A stretch of 64,000 nucleotides of DNA from an uncultured Acidobacteriota bacterium (GCA_963796275.1 CAWCKY010000007.1:128001-192000); one strand, 5' to 3'. Positions 10,015-21,526 are shown, counted from the first letter of the stretch. Translations and numbers: made by a program. The notes: generated from the sequence alone by a model not told the origin.

Positions 10015-12966
10015 TCAGGAATGGCCATCGGATTTCTGGATTCCGAGTTTAATCATGCGAGTCCGAAGCGTGCTCGGGTTAAGACCCAGAGAATCGGCTG
10101 CTCCGCCGGGCCCGCTGATTTTCCAATTTGTATGCTCGAGTCTTTGGATGATGATCTCGCGTTCCAGTTCTTCGAAACTCTTTATGTTCGCGAAATGGCT
10201 TCCGGTATTTAGTATTGCTTCGAGTTTATCTGCCAGTTGAAGCACGGGGCCCTGAGTATTGATCACCGCCCTTTCAATTACATTGGACAATTCCCGGACA
10301 TTTCCCGGCCATCCATAATTTTGTAGAGCTTTCATCGTCGCCGGTTCCACGCTCTTAATGCCACGGCCCATTTTTCTGCTGAATTGGTTGATAAAGAAGT
10401 TTACCAGAGTAGTGATATCTTCTTTTCGATTGCGGAGCGGAGGCACGGTTATGGGGAAGACGTTGAGCCGGTACCATAGGTCTTCGCGAAAGAGACTTTT
10501 TGTGACTTCCAGCTGCAAGTTACGGTTGCTGGCGGCAATGACTCTCACGTCGACTTTTATAGTTTTGGAACCGCCTACCCGCTCGAATTCACCATCCTGA
10601 AGTACGCGAAGAAGTTTGGGCTGCAGTTCCAGCGGTAACTCACCTATCTCGTCTAGAAAAAGCGTCCCGCCGTTGGCGAGTTCAAACCGCCCGACCTTTC
10701 GTGATTGAGCGCCGGTAAAAGCTCCTTTCTCGTGACCGAACAATTCGCTCTCGATCAGGTTGGCAGGCAACGTGGCACAATTGACTTTCACCAGAGGCCG
10801 GTCTTTGCGCGGGCTGGCCTGGTGAATCGCGCGGGCGATCAACTCTTTCCCGGTACCGGTTTCGCCCATAATCAGAACGGTCGTGTCGGCCGCGGAAACC
10901 TGTTCGACTTTATAGAGCACGTACTTGAGTGCGTCGCTGTTACCGATAATTTCCGTGAAGTTGTGGGTGAGCCTGATCTCTTCTTGTAGATAAACGTTTT
11001 CAGCCTGGAGTTGATTTTTCAGCTCGCTCAGCTCGGCGAGCGCCGTCTGCAACGCTTCCTCGGCGCGTTTGCGCTCGGTGACGTCGCGCGCCATCCCTCG
11101 TACGATAGGGTAGTCAACACCATCCAGGCGCAAAGTGTTGTTGTATTCCCAGATTCGCCTCTCCCCCTTGTTCGTCTCAACCATCATCAACCCGGACGCC
11201 ATCCCCTCTCGCGTTATCATCGCCAGATACTCATCAAACTGGTCGCGAAACTCAGGAGCCATCATATCTCGCATACTATTGTCACTGATGTAATAGTCCG
11301 GGGCGTAGCCCAGGGCCTGGATCATCGCCGGGTTGGCGGAAAGAATTCGCCCAGACAGATCGTGGGTGCAAATCAGGTCGAGGCTGTTCTCGACGATGTC
11401 GCGGTAGCGATCTTCGCTTATCCGCAGTGCAGCCGCGGCATGCTCACGAAGGGTGATGTCGCGCAGGATGACGGTATAGAGTTTCTGACCGCCCGCCTCG
11501 ACCTGCGAGATGGAGGCTTCGATGGGAAACTCGCTGCCGCCGGCGCGCTGCCCATGAATCGCGCCTAGTTTGCCCATGGCCCGTCGCGTGACGAACGTTT
11601 CCTTGAAAGCTCGGATGTGCTCGCGGTGAAGCTCGCGGAACCGTTCGGGCAGAAATCGCTCGATTGGCTGGCCCATAGCCTCCGCCTCGGAACAACCGAA
11701 CATCGCCTCGGCCGCGCTGTTGAATAAGACGACCCGCTGGTTTTCATCGATGGTGATAATCCCGTCCATCGCCGATTCGATGATACCAGCCAGGCGCGCG
11801 CGGTGCTCCATCACCTCCGCCTCCGCTCGCTTGCGGGCGATGGCGTTGGCGAAACTCTCTCCGACGACCTGCAGGCGCGCAACTAATTGCTTGGGCCAGA
11901 TGCGAAACGAATGAAACGTACAAAACACCAGCACGCCGATGCTCGATCCGCGGATTGAGAGCGGGATGGACAGGCTCGATTTGAGCCCTTTCTCTAGACA
12001 ATATTGCCGCTCTGCGTTCGCCTCAGCCGGCAAATCGTCGGGGATACGTGACAGAACCACGTTAAACTGGCTAAGGATCTGTCGCGTATACCATGGAAAT
12101 GCATTTCTATCGATGTTCTTGGGGAAGGGGTTTATCTCGGGAGCAAGAGTTGAGTATGTTATGTGATACAGCGTCTGATCGGGCGAGAATTCGGAAATCA
12201 AAATTTGATCGACCCCGAGAAACTCGCTGAGGCGAACAAGCCACTGATCGATCGCCTGGTCGACTTCATCAACCGGTAAATAGACGAAGGCGGCCGAAAG
12301 TTCCGCCAGCAGAGCCTCGAAGCGATGGCGCTCCTCCGCCGATTGCCTGGCCTTTCTCAGCCTATTCTGCAATCTCAACAAAACGTAGATGAGCAGAGTC
12401 TGGATAATGCACAGGGCGATGATGCCGACAATGTACAATTCATATTCATCCCAGACCGATAAATTCTTAAACAGGACGATGCTCCCGCGCGGTAGTCTCT
12501 TCTCGCTTATTCCCCAACGCCGCATTTGGCGCCATTCGAACATATCCAGATTCGTATCGGTATCGAGTATGGGGATTGCCGCTGGTCGCTCTCCGTTCAG
12601 AATCCGCAGTCCCATTTCGGTGGATTTGACGCCGATGGCCTTGAAGCTGAGCAGGTGACCGCCGATTATGCCTTTCCCGAGGAGGGAGTCAGCGGTGCCA
12701 TAGATTGGTTCGTTCGCAGCCTGGCCAAACAACCGCAGAGCCTCTGGAGTGTCATAGGGGTTTCTGATGCCATTTTGAAACATCGAAACATAATCATCTT
12801 CCGCCGCCCCTGGAGAAGATAGGAATATCAGCGCTGTGTGGATGATGATCAGACCAATTATCAGATGACGACATAGTCTGAGGTGAGACATTACTCTACC
12901 GTTGATCCCGGGCTGAGTCGCAGTAGAGTTGTGAAAATTTTGCCTTAATAAGGTCATGGCAAACAA
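10015..12966 (-). CDS. Membrane-anchored sigma54 enhancer-binding protein (partial periplasmic domain-TM-GAF-2xPAS-AAA+-HTH)
   Basis: [39 protein letters not shown]-terminal HTH; start may be 12891. Confidence 0.92.
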   Translation of the reverse strand: MFAMTLLRQNFHNSTATQPGINGRVMSHLRLCRHLIIGLIIIHTALIFLSSPGAAEDDYVSMFQNGIRNPYDTPEALRLFGQAANEPIYGTADSLLGKGIIGGHLLSFKAIGVKSTEMGLRILNGERPAAIPILDTDTNLDMFEWRQMRRWGISEKRLPRGSIVLFKNLSVWDEYELYIVGIIALCIIQTLLIYVLLRLQNRLRKARQSAEERHRFEALLAELSAAFVYLPVDEVDQAIDQWLVRLSEFLGVDQILISEFSPDQTLYHITYSTLAPEINPFPKNIDRNAFPWYTRQILSQFNVVLSRIPDDLPAEANAERQYCLEKGLKSSLSIPLSIRGSSIGVLVFCTFHSFRIWPKQLVARLQVVGESFANAIARKRAEAEVMEHRARLAGIIESAMDGIITIDENQRVVLFNSAAEAMFGCSEAEAMGQPIERFLPERFRELHREHIRAFKETFVTRRAMGKLGAIHGQRAGGSEFPIEASISQVEAGGQKLYTVILRDITLREHAAAALRISEDRYRDIVENSLDLICTHDLSGRILSANPAMIQALGYAPDYYISDNSMRDMMAPEFRDQFDEYLAMITREGMASGLMMVETNKGERRIWEYNNTLRLDGVDYPIVRGMARDVTERKRAEEALQTALAELSELKNQLQAENVYLQEEIRLTHNFTEIIGNSDALKYVLYKVEQVSAADTTVLIMGETGTGKELIARAIHQASPRKDRPLVKVNCATLPANLIESELFGHEKGAFTGAQSRKVGRFELANGGTLFLDEIGELPLELQPKLLRVLQDGEFERVGGSKTIKVDVRVIAASNRNLQLEVTKSLFREDLWYRLNVFPITVPPLRNRKEDITTLVNFFINQFSRKMGRGIKSVEPATMKALQNYGWPGNVRELSNVIERAVINTQGPVLQLADKLEAILNTGSHFANIKSFEELEREIIIQRLEHTNWKISGPGGAADSLGLNPSTLRTRMIKLGIQKSDGHS

Positions 12967-13720
12967 TGATCTCCGTCTCCTAAGTCACATCCGTACTTGA
13001 GACATAGGGTTGAAATCAGGTCTGCCACTTATCTATTTGTTCTTTCCGATAGCAATTCTAACACACACACATGGGAATGGAAGTTAAAGCGCTTGGTCAG
13101 AGGAGTTATAGCGATCAGAGCGACCCCCCTGCCTTGATGATAACCTGTAACTTTTTCCTAGTGAAACCTACATGTATTACCAGTATCCAGTTCATTCATG
13201 TATCCATAAAATTCGATCTTGGAAGATTGTCAAATCTGATCGTAATGGATTTGTCATGGCTGGCCGCGAATCACGGACAAGAAGATGTCACCAAATTTCT
13301 CGTCTCCGCCATGTAAGTAATGGGTATGACCATTACTATTCTGAAGGCACCGTATTAAAGCTACGGGGTGCTGTTCTCGGTGCTGCTGTTTTAGGGCAGC
13401 AGCACCGCTTTTTATCATCCTCCCTCGACTGGTATCACGGCATCAGCAGTTTTTCTCATCGGACCTATAAATTCTTGGAGTAGTCCGCAACTTTAGCCAT
13501 CGATAAGTCAGTCTTGCGGAGAGGGTCATGGAGGCGATGAGTTACGATCACCGGATAAGGAAACTGGTGTCTTTTCGGTCTATCTTGAGATTGCAATGAA
13601 GTTCCATGACATTTGAAAGGACGCAAACGGCAGGAAGAGGTTGTCTGTGTTGATGGCCCGGAGAAGAGATCAAAAGTCCGCCGACCAGAAAGCCGGTAGG
13701 CGGACGTTGGAGGGGTACTC

Positions 13721-15766
13721 ATGGCAGTTGTTCTTAGAATAAGCGATAAAATCGTGGGCAAATCTCTGAAGAAAGCCAAATTGGACAAGTCCCGCGGTTC
13801 GGTAGTGACTTCTGAAGCGTTCACAGCAGATCAAAGCAAATACAAAACGGCGGAGTTGAGTTTCGGCAGATTATTTGAATCGGCGCCGGACGCGATGGTT
13901 CTGGTTGATGCTGAGGGCCGAATCGTGCTCGTAAATTCCCAAACGGAGCAATTATTCGGCTATCGGCGTGAAGAGCTGATCGGCGAGTTAATCGAGTTGC
14001 TTATACCGGAACGTTTCCGTGATGGTCGATTTGGCCACCAATCCTGCTATTCATTGGATACGCACATCCGGCCCAGCGGCGTCGAACTAGTCCTTGAGCC
14101 ATACGGCTTGCGGAAAGATGGGGGCGAATTTCCGGTCGAAATCAGCCAGAGTCCCTTGGAAACGAAAGATGGGGTGCTTGTTTCGACCGCTATTCGCGAC
14201 GTCAGCGAACGCAAGCGCATACGAGAGCTGGGCTCGGAGCTCGGGTTTGAAAAATTATCGTCTCGATTATTGGGAACCTTCATCAATCTTCCCACGGCCC
14301 AAATGGATGGCGAGATTGCGAACGCTCTGGAGCAGATTGTCGGGGTGTTTGGCACGAACCGAGCCATTCTCTGTGAGATCGACTCCAGCATGAGTAACCC
14401 GATCGTCCCCCACCGGTGGGATTGGCCTGGAATTCCGCACTCCCGAGAGATAGCAAAAGACAGCCTGCCCTGGTTGTACGATCGTATCCTAAAGGGAGAG
14501 ATAACCGAGCTCTCGCGCCCGGAAGAATTGCCCAAAGAGGCCGTCGCCGAACTCGAGTTTATGAAGTCGGCTGGCCTCAGATCGGCTCTCGTTATTCCAT
14601 TACTGATTGACGGCAAACTGATCGGGTGCCTGGCCACATCCAGCTACCGCAAGCGCATCCCATGGGATACTGTGTTGATCTCGCGATTTCAACAGGTGGG
14701 GAACATTTTTGCGAATGCGCTGACGAGGAGGCGGAATGATGAGAAACTGCAGGCCGCCTTCTCACAGATTTCAGATTTAAAGGAGCGATTGGAGCGAGAG
14801 AATACCTATCTGCGGGAAGAGATCGAGTTCGAGCACAGCCATACGACCACCGTAATCGGGCAGAGCATCGCCATTCGCAGCGTATTGAAGAAAGCTGAGC
14901 AGGTCGCATCTACTGACTCGGTCGTGCTTCTTTCCGGCGAAACGGGCGCGGGCAAAGAGTTGATAGCCAGAACTATTCACGAGCTAAGCAAGCGGAAAGA
15001 CAAGGCGATGGTGAAAGTCAATTGCGCTGCTATGCCTGCGACTCTGATCGAAAGCGAGCTGTTCGGTCGCGAAAAAGGCGCCTACACGGGAGCGCTTTCA
15101 CGTGAGATCGGGCGCTTCGAACTTGCCAACGGCTCGACTATCTTCCTTGATGAAATCGGCGAGTTGCCAACCGAGTTGCAAGCCAAGTTTTTACGGGTCC
15201 TGCAAGATGGTGAATTCGAGCGCCTGGGAAGCTCCAAGACTATGCAAGTTGATGCGCGCGTGATCGCGGCAACCAACCGTGATCTGCAGGTCGCTATCAA
15301 GGATGGCAAATTCCGCGAAGACCTCTACTATCGATTGAGTGTTTTCCCCATCGATATTCCTCCCCTGCGGGAACGCCGCGAAGACCTGCTGGCCATTACC
15401 TGGCATCTCCTGAAGGATTTATGCAAACGGATGGGTAGAAATGTGGAGCGCATCGACCCCGCTACATTGAAAGCGTTTCTTGCGTATTCGTGGCCCGGAA
15501 ACGTCCGCGAACTACGTAACGTTATAGAGCGATATCTCATCCTAAATCCCGGACCAGTATTTCGGGCTGAGGTCCCCGGATCAGATGAATCCCCGCCGCT
15601 TGCCGGGCAAAATCTCGACGAAGTCGAGCGCCGTCATATACAGCAGGTGCTACAGAAAACTCGCTGGCGTATCCGCGGTAAGGGCGGTGCGGCGGAAACT
15701 CTCGGATTGAAGCCGACCACTCTGGAGGCGCGCATGAAGAAGCTGGGAATCACTCGTCCACAATAG
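13721..15766 (+). CDS. Sigma54 enhancer-binding protein (PAS-GAF-AAA+-HTH)
   Basis: [55 protein letters not shown]. Confidence 0.93.
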   Translation: MAVVLRISDKIVGKSLKKAKLDKSRGSVVTSEAFTADQSKYKTAELSFGRLFESAPDAMVLVDAEGRIVLVNSQTEQLFGYRREELIGELIELLIPERFRDGRFGHQSCYSLDTHIRPSGVELVLEPYGLRKDGGEFPVEISQSPLETKDGVLVSTAIRDVSERKRIRELGSELGFEKLSSRLLGTFINLPTAQMDGEIANALEQIVGVFGTNRAILCEIDSSMSNPIVPHRWDWPGIPHSREIAKDSLPWLYDRILKGEITELSRPEELPKEAVAELEFMKSAGLRSALVIPLLIDGKLIGCLATSSYRKRIPWDTVLISRFQQVGNIFANALTRRRNDEKLQAAFSQISDLKERLERENTYLREEIEFEHSHTTTVIGQSIAIRSVLKKAEQVASTDSVVLLSGETGAGKELIARTIHELSKRKDKAMVKVNCAAMPATLIESELFGREKGAYTGALSREIGRFELANGSTIFLDEIGELPTELQAKFLRVLQDGEFERLGSSKTMQVDARVIAATNRDLQVAIKDGKFREDLYYRLSVFPIDIPPLRERREDLLAITWHLLKDLCKRMGRNVERIDPATLKAFLAYSWPGNVRELRNVIERYLILNPGPVFRAEVPGSDESPPLAGQNLDEVERRHIQQVLQKTRWRIRGKGGAAETLGLKPTTLEARMKKLGITRPQ

Positions 15767-15815
15767 TTCAAAGGAAATCAGCGTCCGCTGATACAGTGCC
15801 GTAGCCGCCAATAAG

Positions 15816-15843
15816 ATATTAGGCCGCCCACGAAATATTGGAG
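15816..15843 (+). promoter_or_regulatory. 28-bp conserved motif, copy 1 (putative activator binding site)
   Basis: ATATTAGGCCGCCCACGAAATATTGGAG. Confidence 0.7.
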
Positions 15844-16022
15844 GTCTTTCCGCCTTTGCCGAACCATCCGGACTTATTCTGTGCAGTCGCTGGCAAACAG
15901 TCCTTCCATCCTCAGAAGCCGAAACCTTCTAAATGGTGATGTTATTTCATCACCACTCATAAGCTCAACACACAGCGAAACGATCAGGCCATTGTTTGGT
16001 ATTCAGTTGCGGCTGCGATGTT

Positions 16023-16038
16023 CGGCATTCCCCTTGCA
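16023..16038 (+). promoter_or_regulatory. Putative sigma54 promoter for ABM-DUF4136
   Basis: CGGCATTCCCCTTGCA, GG-N10-GC. Confidence 0.6.
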
Positions 16039-16129
16039 GTCCTTAGCAGGTGGGATCGTTATTCTCACGCGTTTGCGCATTGGAGAATTGACCCTCGGGA
16101 AAATGCGAGCTTAAGGAAGAAGGAGCGAG

Positions 16130-16459
16130 ATGATTATAGAGTTGGTTGGTATCGTTGCTTCTCCGGAGAAACGTGAGGAGTTGGGTCGGGCATTATCATT
16201 TTTGTTGGGGCCAACTCAGGTGGAACCGGGTTGCCTTGGCTCCCTCCTTTATCGGGATTTGTCAGATGCGAATGTGATCTATTTCGAATCTCGCTGGGAT
16301 ACTCTGAACGATTTGACACGACACGTTCGCTCTGAGGGATACAAAAAATTACTACTATTGATGGAACTGGGAGCTGAGCCACCAACTATCGAGTTTTTAA
16401 CGGTTACCGAGGTCAGAGGATTGGAGTTCATCGAAGCCGTTCGGAGGAGGCGAACCTGA
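16130..16459 (+). CDS. ABM-fold protein
   Basis: EPGCLGSLLY...ESRWDTLNDLTRHVRS; RBS AAGGAG. Confidence 0.82.
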   Translation: MIIELVGIVASPEKREELGRALSFLLGPTQVEPGCLGSLLYRDLSDANVIYFESRWDTLNDLTRHVRSEGYKKLLLLMELGAEPPTIEFLTVTEVRGLEFIEAVRRRRT

Positions 16460-16543
16460 GCCTGTCTGGCTCGCTGATGCAGGCTGAAACAGCAATCTGC
16501 GAACGCGAGGGGCAGCACTGCTAATCAACAGAAGGAGGCAATC

Positions 16544-17089
16544 ATGAAAATAGCACGAATCGTTTTAAGTTCCTGTTTGCTCTTGATTGTGACCAACAAT
16601 GTGTTGGCACAGAAGGTCAACGTGGACTGGGACAAGGCCACCAACTTCTCAGTTTATAAGACGTACACATGGGCCAAGGGCACTCCGGCTCAGAACCCGA
16701 TGATGGCCGATCGAATAGTCAGAGATGTTGATGCACAACTCGCGGCCAAGGGGTTACAAAAGGTTGAACCCTCCGCCAACCCGGATCTGGTTGTCATCTA
16801 TCATGCAGGAAGAGATACCGAGACCCGAATGAATACAATCGACACAGGTATGTATGGTCCTGGATGGGGTCGTTGGGGTTATGGGGGAATGGGGTCGTCG
16901 ACCACTTATGTCGATAATATTCAGGTCGGCCAATTGATCGTCGACATCGGCGATGTCAAGAATAAAAAGTACATCTGGCGTGGAACGGCGAGTGCAACTA
17001 TCCCTGACAAGCCTGAGAAAGGTGAAAAGACGATCAACAAGGCGGTGACGAAGATGTTTCAGAAGTTCCCGCCCCCGGTAAAGAAGTAA
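16544..17089 (+). CDS. DUF4136-family exported protein
   Basis: Signal peptide; VDWDKATNFSVYKTYTW, GQLIVDI, IWRG, KMFQKFPP. Confidence 0.85.
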   Translation: MKIARIVLSSCLLLIVTNNVLAQKVNVDWDKATNFSVYKTYTWAKGTPAQNPMMADRIVRDVDAQLAAKGLQKVEPSANPDLVVIYHAGRDTETRMNTIDTGMYGPGWGRWGYGGMGSSTTYVDNIQVGQLIVDIGDVKNKKYIWRGTASATIPDKPEKGEKTINKAVTKMFQKFPPPVKK

Positions 17090-17198
17090 TTACGGTCGGG
17101 GTGCGAGATAACAATCATACATTCGACCGCTGGCAAGTGATTTACATCTCATATGTGCGAGTCGCAATGAAGAAGTGAACGGAAGCTTTTCGTCCATG

Positions 17199-17226
17199 AT
17201 ATTGGAGCGACCACGAATTATTGGAG
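17199..17226 (+). promoter_or_regulatory. 28-bp conserved motif, copy 2 (between convergent genes)
   Basis: ATATTGGAGCGACCACGAATTATTGGAG. Confidence 0.7.
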
Positions 17227-17287
17227 CCCTGTTTTCCGAGTTGTAACAGCAAACTGTTCAACTGTTCTAAATGTATCGAGCCGGGAT

Positions 17288-18760
17288 TCATCTGATACTC
17301 TCGATCTTGGTACCGATCACTTCGCCGGAAACGATCAATTCTACGCGGCGATTTTTCTGTCTTCCATCAGCGGTACTGTTATCCGACACCGGCATCGAGA
17401 ACCCCTTACCGACGGCAGTCACTTGATCCGAGGCAATCCCTTGTGAAATCAGGTATTCGCGGACTGCATTGGCGCGCTGTTCGGAAAGTTTCTGATTGAA
17501 CTCTTCGCCCCCGACGTTATCAGTGTGACCTTCGGCCTCAAGTTTCAGGCCTGGATAGTTGAGGACGATGCCGGACAATCGGGCGAGTTTCTCGCGAGCC
17601 AGCGGCCGCAAGGTGTATTTGCCGGTATCGAAGAGGACATCGCCCATGTTAATGATCAATCCTCGATCACTATCTCTTGTTTCCAGAATAGCGTTGAACT
17701 GCTGCAACAACCGTGCGCGTAATTCCGCTTTTTCGCGCGCGGCCTGTGCCGCGTTCTGTTTTGCCAGATCCTCGGCTTGCTGGGCCTTTACTCGCGCCGC
17801 GTCAGATTCGGCGCGCCGTTGCGCCTCCTGGGCGGTCGTCACTTCAGCGCGCTCCCGCCTTTCCGCCTCGAAACGTCTACCTGCTTCGGCTTTCTCGGCC
17901 TCGGCTTTGGCGAGCGCTTCATTCTCGCGCTGCCGGGCGAGCGCCTCCTCTCTCTGCCTGTTCAACGACAACGTTCGGGCGTCTTCGGCAAACTGCACTG
18001 CCTGACGGGCATTCGTTGCGATCTCCTTCTTGCTCTGATTTCTCGCGACCGCATTTTCTGCTAACTCCAGACTTGATTTCGCGCGGTTGAAAATGTCCGG
18101 GGCGTACTTCTCCGCACCGAGCGATTGAGCGATATGAATCGCGTTGCGGGCTTCGTAGAGTTCCAACGGATATTTCTTGAGGTCCAAGGTCATGCCCAGC
18201 GGGTTTGCCAGCTTGCGGTACTGGTCCCACTCAAGCAAATCGAATTGAGCGTCGAGCAGAAAAAGTTTTCCTTTGACCTTGTCTCGCGGCTCGTTTATCA
18301 GCACTACTTTAGTGCTGGGACGGCGGACTGCGAAATAGGGTTCCGCGGTGACCGCCAGCGCGAAGACCTGGAGTTGTGTAGTCACATCCAGCTTGCTCTC
18401 ACCCTTATCAAGCAGCAATTCGCCGAGATTCTCTACCCGGCCTTCGGTAGAAACCGACCAGAGGACATAGGTCAAATATTCGGCCCCGAACTTGGTGGCC
18501 AGCGGCAAATCGCGAAACTTGGCATTAACTCGTACGAAACCTTGTTTGCTCTCTACCTTGGCCTCGCCCCCGGCGCCCGGTAACAGATCTGTCGGTTTGA
18601 AATCGATGGTTGTCGATCCACCGAGGACCTTATAGTTCACGGCTTTGATTGGTCTTGAAACAAGCTCTTCCCTGATTGTAGGTGACGTGGTTTGTCCCGT
18701 GGCGCGCGGACCCAAGGAAATCAATCCCAATATCAAAAAAACAATTTTTATTCCAGACAT
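17288..18760 (-). CDS. OmpA-family peptidoglycan-binding protein with coiled coil
   Basis: Signal peptide; DVLFDTGK, EGHTDNVG, NQKLSEQRA, NRRVEL; likely start MSGIK at 18760. Confidence 0.9.
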   Translation of the reverse strand: MSGIKIVFLILGLISLGPRATGQTTSPTIREELVSRPIKAVNYKVLGGSTTIDFKPTDLLPGAGGEAKVESKQGFVRVNAKFRDLPLATKFGAEYLTYVLWSVSTEGRVENLGELLLDKGESKLDVTTQLQVFALAVTAEPYFAVRRPSTKVVLINEPRDKVKGKLFLLDAQFDLLEWDQYRKLANPLGMTLDLKKYPLELYEARNAIHIAQSLGAEKYAPDIFNRAKSSLELAENAVARNQSKKEIATNARQAVQFAEDARTLSLNRQREEALARQRENEALAKAEAEKAEAGRRFEAERRERAEVTTAQEAQRRAESDAARVKAQQAEDLAKQNAAQAAREKAELRARLLQQFNAILETRDSDRGLIINMGDVLFDTGKYTLRPLAREKLARLSGIVLNYPGLKLEAEGHTDNVGGEEFNQKLSEQRANAVREYLISQGIASDQVTAVGKGFSMPVSDNSTADGRQKNRRVELIVSGEVIGTKIESIR

Positions 18761-18907
18761 AATCTTCCCCTTTACCGGCATGAGACTCTTCAACGGGCCC
18801 TGAGGAACCCAATTGCTCAAATATCCCTCGGCCATTCGCGTCACTTCACCAGCGGAATATCGACTGCGAGTTCGTACCGCAGCAGAGCGCGGATTTTGTT
18901 TTCAATC

Positions 18908-18923
18908 TGCAGGTAGCGCGCCG
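18908..18923 (-). promoter_or_regulatory. Possible sigma54 promoter for the OmpA gene
   Basis: Minus strand CGGCGCGCTACCTGCA, GG-N10-GC. Confidence 0.4.
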
Positions 18924-19109
18924 CCTTCCTGCCGGGCAGCACACCGGAAACGAGCAGCAGCAATGACATTACAAAGATCGAAACAGCAAAACTCTTTTCA
19001 GCATAGACTGATTCATTGTAAATCTCCTCATGAGTTGATTGCCGGATAGATCATCGCCGCAGATGCGGCATTGCCACAGGCGTTGCAGTGCAGGCTATTT
19101 CAGCGAAGG

Positions 19110-20091
19110 CTACTTCTCATCGACGGGACTCCACGTTTTGTCCGGGTTGAAGCGCTCAATTTTCCTCGCGATCTCCAGGGTGTTCGGACCGAGATCCTTT
19201 TGATAGACCACGCCGTCGTGGCTCACCATGAAAGTTTTCACGCCAGTGATGCGGTACTGAGCGGGGGCTGCGATGAGCGCGAAGCCGCCGATCATGGCAC
19301 CCTCTACCACGAAATCCAGCTTGCCTAGGGGGGCTGCTGGGCCTTGTCCTTTCAAGATCTTGAAGTAATAACCGTGGTAAGGCTCGTATTTGCTGCTGTA
19401 GCCATGCTCGATCGCGAGGGCGATCGGTTCTCCCACCGGGCCGCCCCATGAACCGTCGGGGTTCTGCCAGGCCAAACCATCTCGCTTTCCGGGTGTGCTG
19501 ACGATGCGTTGCGCGTACTGATTCACGCTGGAACCGTCGTGCTTCTGAAGGGCATATTCGTGCTGCGCCTCCACGAAGCCGCGGCAAATTTCAATGGCAT
19601 CCAATTCATTCCTTCCGATTCGACGGTATAAAAGCTCTCGACGCCCGGCTTTCGCATCGAATGACCACTTTCCGCCGGATTTCACCAGCGGCACGGGAGC
19701 CGGCCAATCGCCTTTGCCGAGGTTAAGAATCGCACGATTCTTGTTCCTGGGATCGATTGATACTCTCATTCGAACACGGGCCTCTGCGGCAAACTCCATA
19801 GCCTTCTCTTTGTCATAAGCCGGTTCACCAGTTTCAATCAGATCTTGTCCGTCGGGCCCGAAAATCGCATCGAGCTCAGCGACATCGAATTTTTCAGCCG
19901 CTTCGACCAAAGCTTCCGCCGCTTGTTGTGGCGTGTCGAAAGTTCTTGGTTTCGAGCGCGAGGTCGCAGGTGCCTTGCCGGCCTCATGCAGACACAGCAG
20001 GCGGGGCGGGCGACATCAACATCGCGATGACTAGTCCGCAAGCCAGCCTGAAGAGGACTGAACAACGCAGGGTCATTGATTGTAAGCTCAT
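19110..20091 (-). CDS. DUF2950-family protein; frameshift at ~19986 separates the signal peptide from the mature domain
   Basis: RRIGRNEL, YAQRIVSTPGKRDGLAW, PYHGYYFKIL, GVKTFMV; ATG 20091 frame MSLQS...PAVSA-stop, continuing in another frame as EAGKAPATSRSKPRTFDTPQQAAEAL. Confidence 0.85.
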
Positions 20092-20115
20092 GTTTTTCCT
20101 CACTGACATGACTGA

Positions 20116-21477
20116 TTACCTCCGGCGACCACCGCCTCCTCTCGATCCACCGCCGCCTCCCCGAGATGCTCCCATGCTCGAAGCGCCGCGCGAACTGCTT
20201 GCATGGGACGCACTCCCGCTGTAGCCTCCGGAACCGCCACCGAAGGCGCTCCGATTCGCACCACCTGAGCTGCTTGGAATATTGCGGTTTCCAACGTGAT
20301 CACCGCCGCCACCGCTGGCGCGGTCGCTCACCCCGGCGCCACTCGCGCGGCTGCCGCTCCCGCCGGCGCGATCGCTCACCCCGGTGCCACTCGCACGGCT
20401 GCCACCACTGCTGGAGCGATCGCTCACCCCGGCGCCCGCACCTCTAGTGCCTGCGCCGCTGCCGAGGTTACCGCCTTGCCGGTCGATTTGCTGACGCGCA
20501 CCCGACTGACGACTGGACAATGAATCTCCACGCGCCGTGCCACCGAATCGGTCGGCTGTCGCCTGGTTCGCGTAAGGAGTTCCACCGCGATGCTGCGGAT
20601 TGTGCTGCCATGTGTTCCCGGTATTGCTGACGCGGTTGCCACCGCTGATGTTGGCGCGGTTGCCGCCATTTATATTGGCGCTGCGATTGAAATTGTTGTT
20701 CACATTGATGTCGATGTCGTTGTGTCCCCAGCCGGCACCCCAGCCCCAACCGCCGCCCCACGCAGCGCCCATTGCAACACCAACTCCGAAGGAGATTGCG
20801 CTCGTGGCAATCACTGCTCCCGTCGGGTAGGGCGGGTAGTAGATCGGGGGATACGGATAAACCGGCGGACCGTAAACAACCGTGGGGTTATAAGTTGGGA
20901 CATAAACCACCTCCGGATTCGCCTGCTGTACCACGATGACTGTTTTGCTCTCCACCACCTTGGTCTCGACTTTCTGTTGATCGCTCGACTTCAAAGCCCC
21001 GGTGTCCTTGGCTTTTTTGCGCATGCGTTGCACGGCATCCATGACGTCGCTCTGCTGCGCGAGAAAAGCGTTCCCGAGATCAGTTGTCCATTGAATGTCA
21101 TCAGCGAGTCGTTTAACCACGTCCGGCAGCGCTGCCATCGCCTGAATGCTGGGGTCCCATGATCGTTTCGAGACTGCATCCACCAGCGCCTTGTCCTTGA
21201 GATTCGGATTTTTCGTCAGCCACTGCTGAAGCTGGATGATTTCGAGAGGATAGGTTGAGGCGACCAGCACCTGGCTTAAGAGTTGATCCGGGTAGAGAGC
21301 AATCGGCGCAACCAGCGCATCAAGCTGATCGGCCGGGATATTGGGAGCGTCTGATGATGCCGCAGGTTGCTGTGGCTCTTGTACCATCCCGCCAAAGACC
21401 CCCTGCGTCATGAGCAACGCACATAGACTTAGGATGATATACAGACTCCCTTGCTTCCGCTGGGTTGCCACCTTCAT
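20116..21477 (-). CDS. DUF3300-family protein with Gly/Ser/Arg-rich tail
   Basis: LDALVAPIALYPD, ASTYPLE, WDPSIQA, LGNAFLAQ, VYVPTYNP, WQHNPQHRGG. Confidence 0.92.
   Translation of the reverse strand: MKVATQRKQGSLYIILSLCALLMTQGVFGGMVQEPQQPAASSDAPNIPADQLDALVAPIALYPDQLLSQVLVASTYPLEIIQLQQWLTKNPNLKDKALVDAVSKRSWDPSIQAMAALPDVVKRLADDIQWTTDLGNAFLAQQSDVMDAVQRMRKKAKDTGALKSSDQQKVETKVVESKTVIVVQQANPEVVYVPTYNPTVVYGPPVYPYPPIYYPPYPTGAVIATSAISFGVGVAMGAAWGGGWGWGAGWGHNDIDINVNNNFNRSANINGGNRANISGGNRVSNTGNTWQHNPQHRGGTPYANQATADRFGGTARGDSLSSRQSGARQQIDRQGGNLGSGAGTRGAGAGVSDRSSSGGSRASGTGVSDRAGGSGSRASGAGVSDRASGGGGDHVGNRNIPSSSGGANRSAFGGGSGGYSGSASHASSSRGASSMGASRGGGGGSRGGGGRRR
20325..20435. repeat. Intragenic 48-bp-period repeat (GVSDR units)
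   Basis: CGCTCACCCCGG at 20325, 20373 and 20421. Confidence 0.75.
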
Positions 21478-21526
21478 ATCGACATATCTCCTTTCTTGTG
21501 GTGTCCGAACTTATGCTCTATAAGAT

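Noticed and set aside
13600-13640. c-di-GMP-I riboswitch (GAAAGGACGCAAA)
   Set aside because: It lacks the GGCAAAC segment and a paired stem around the GAAA loop.
15997-16010. Sigma54 promoter TGGTATTCAGTTGC
   Set aside because: The GG-GC spacing is 9 rather than 10; the site at 16023 fits.
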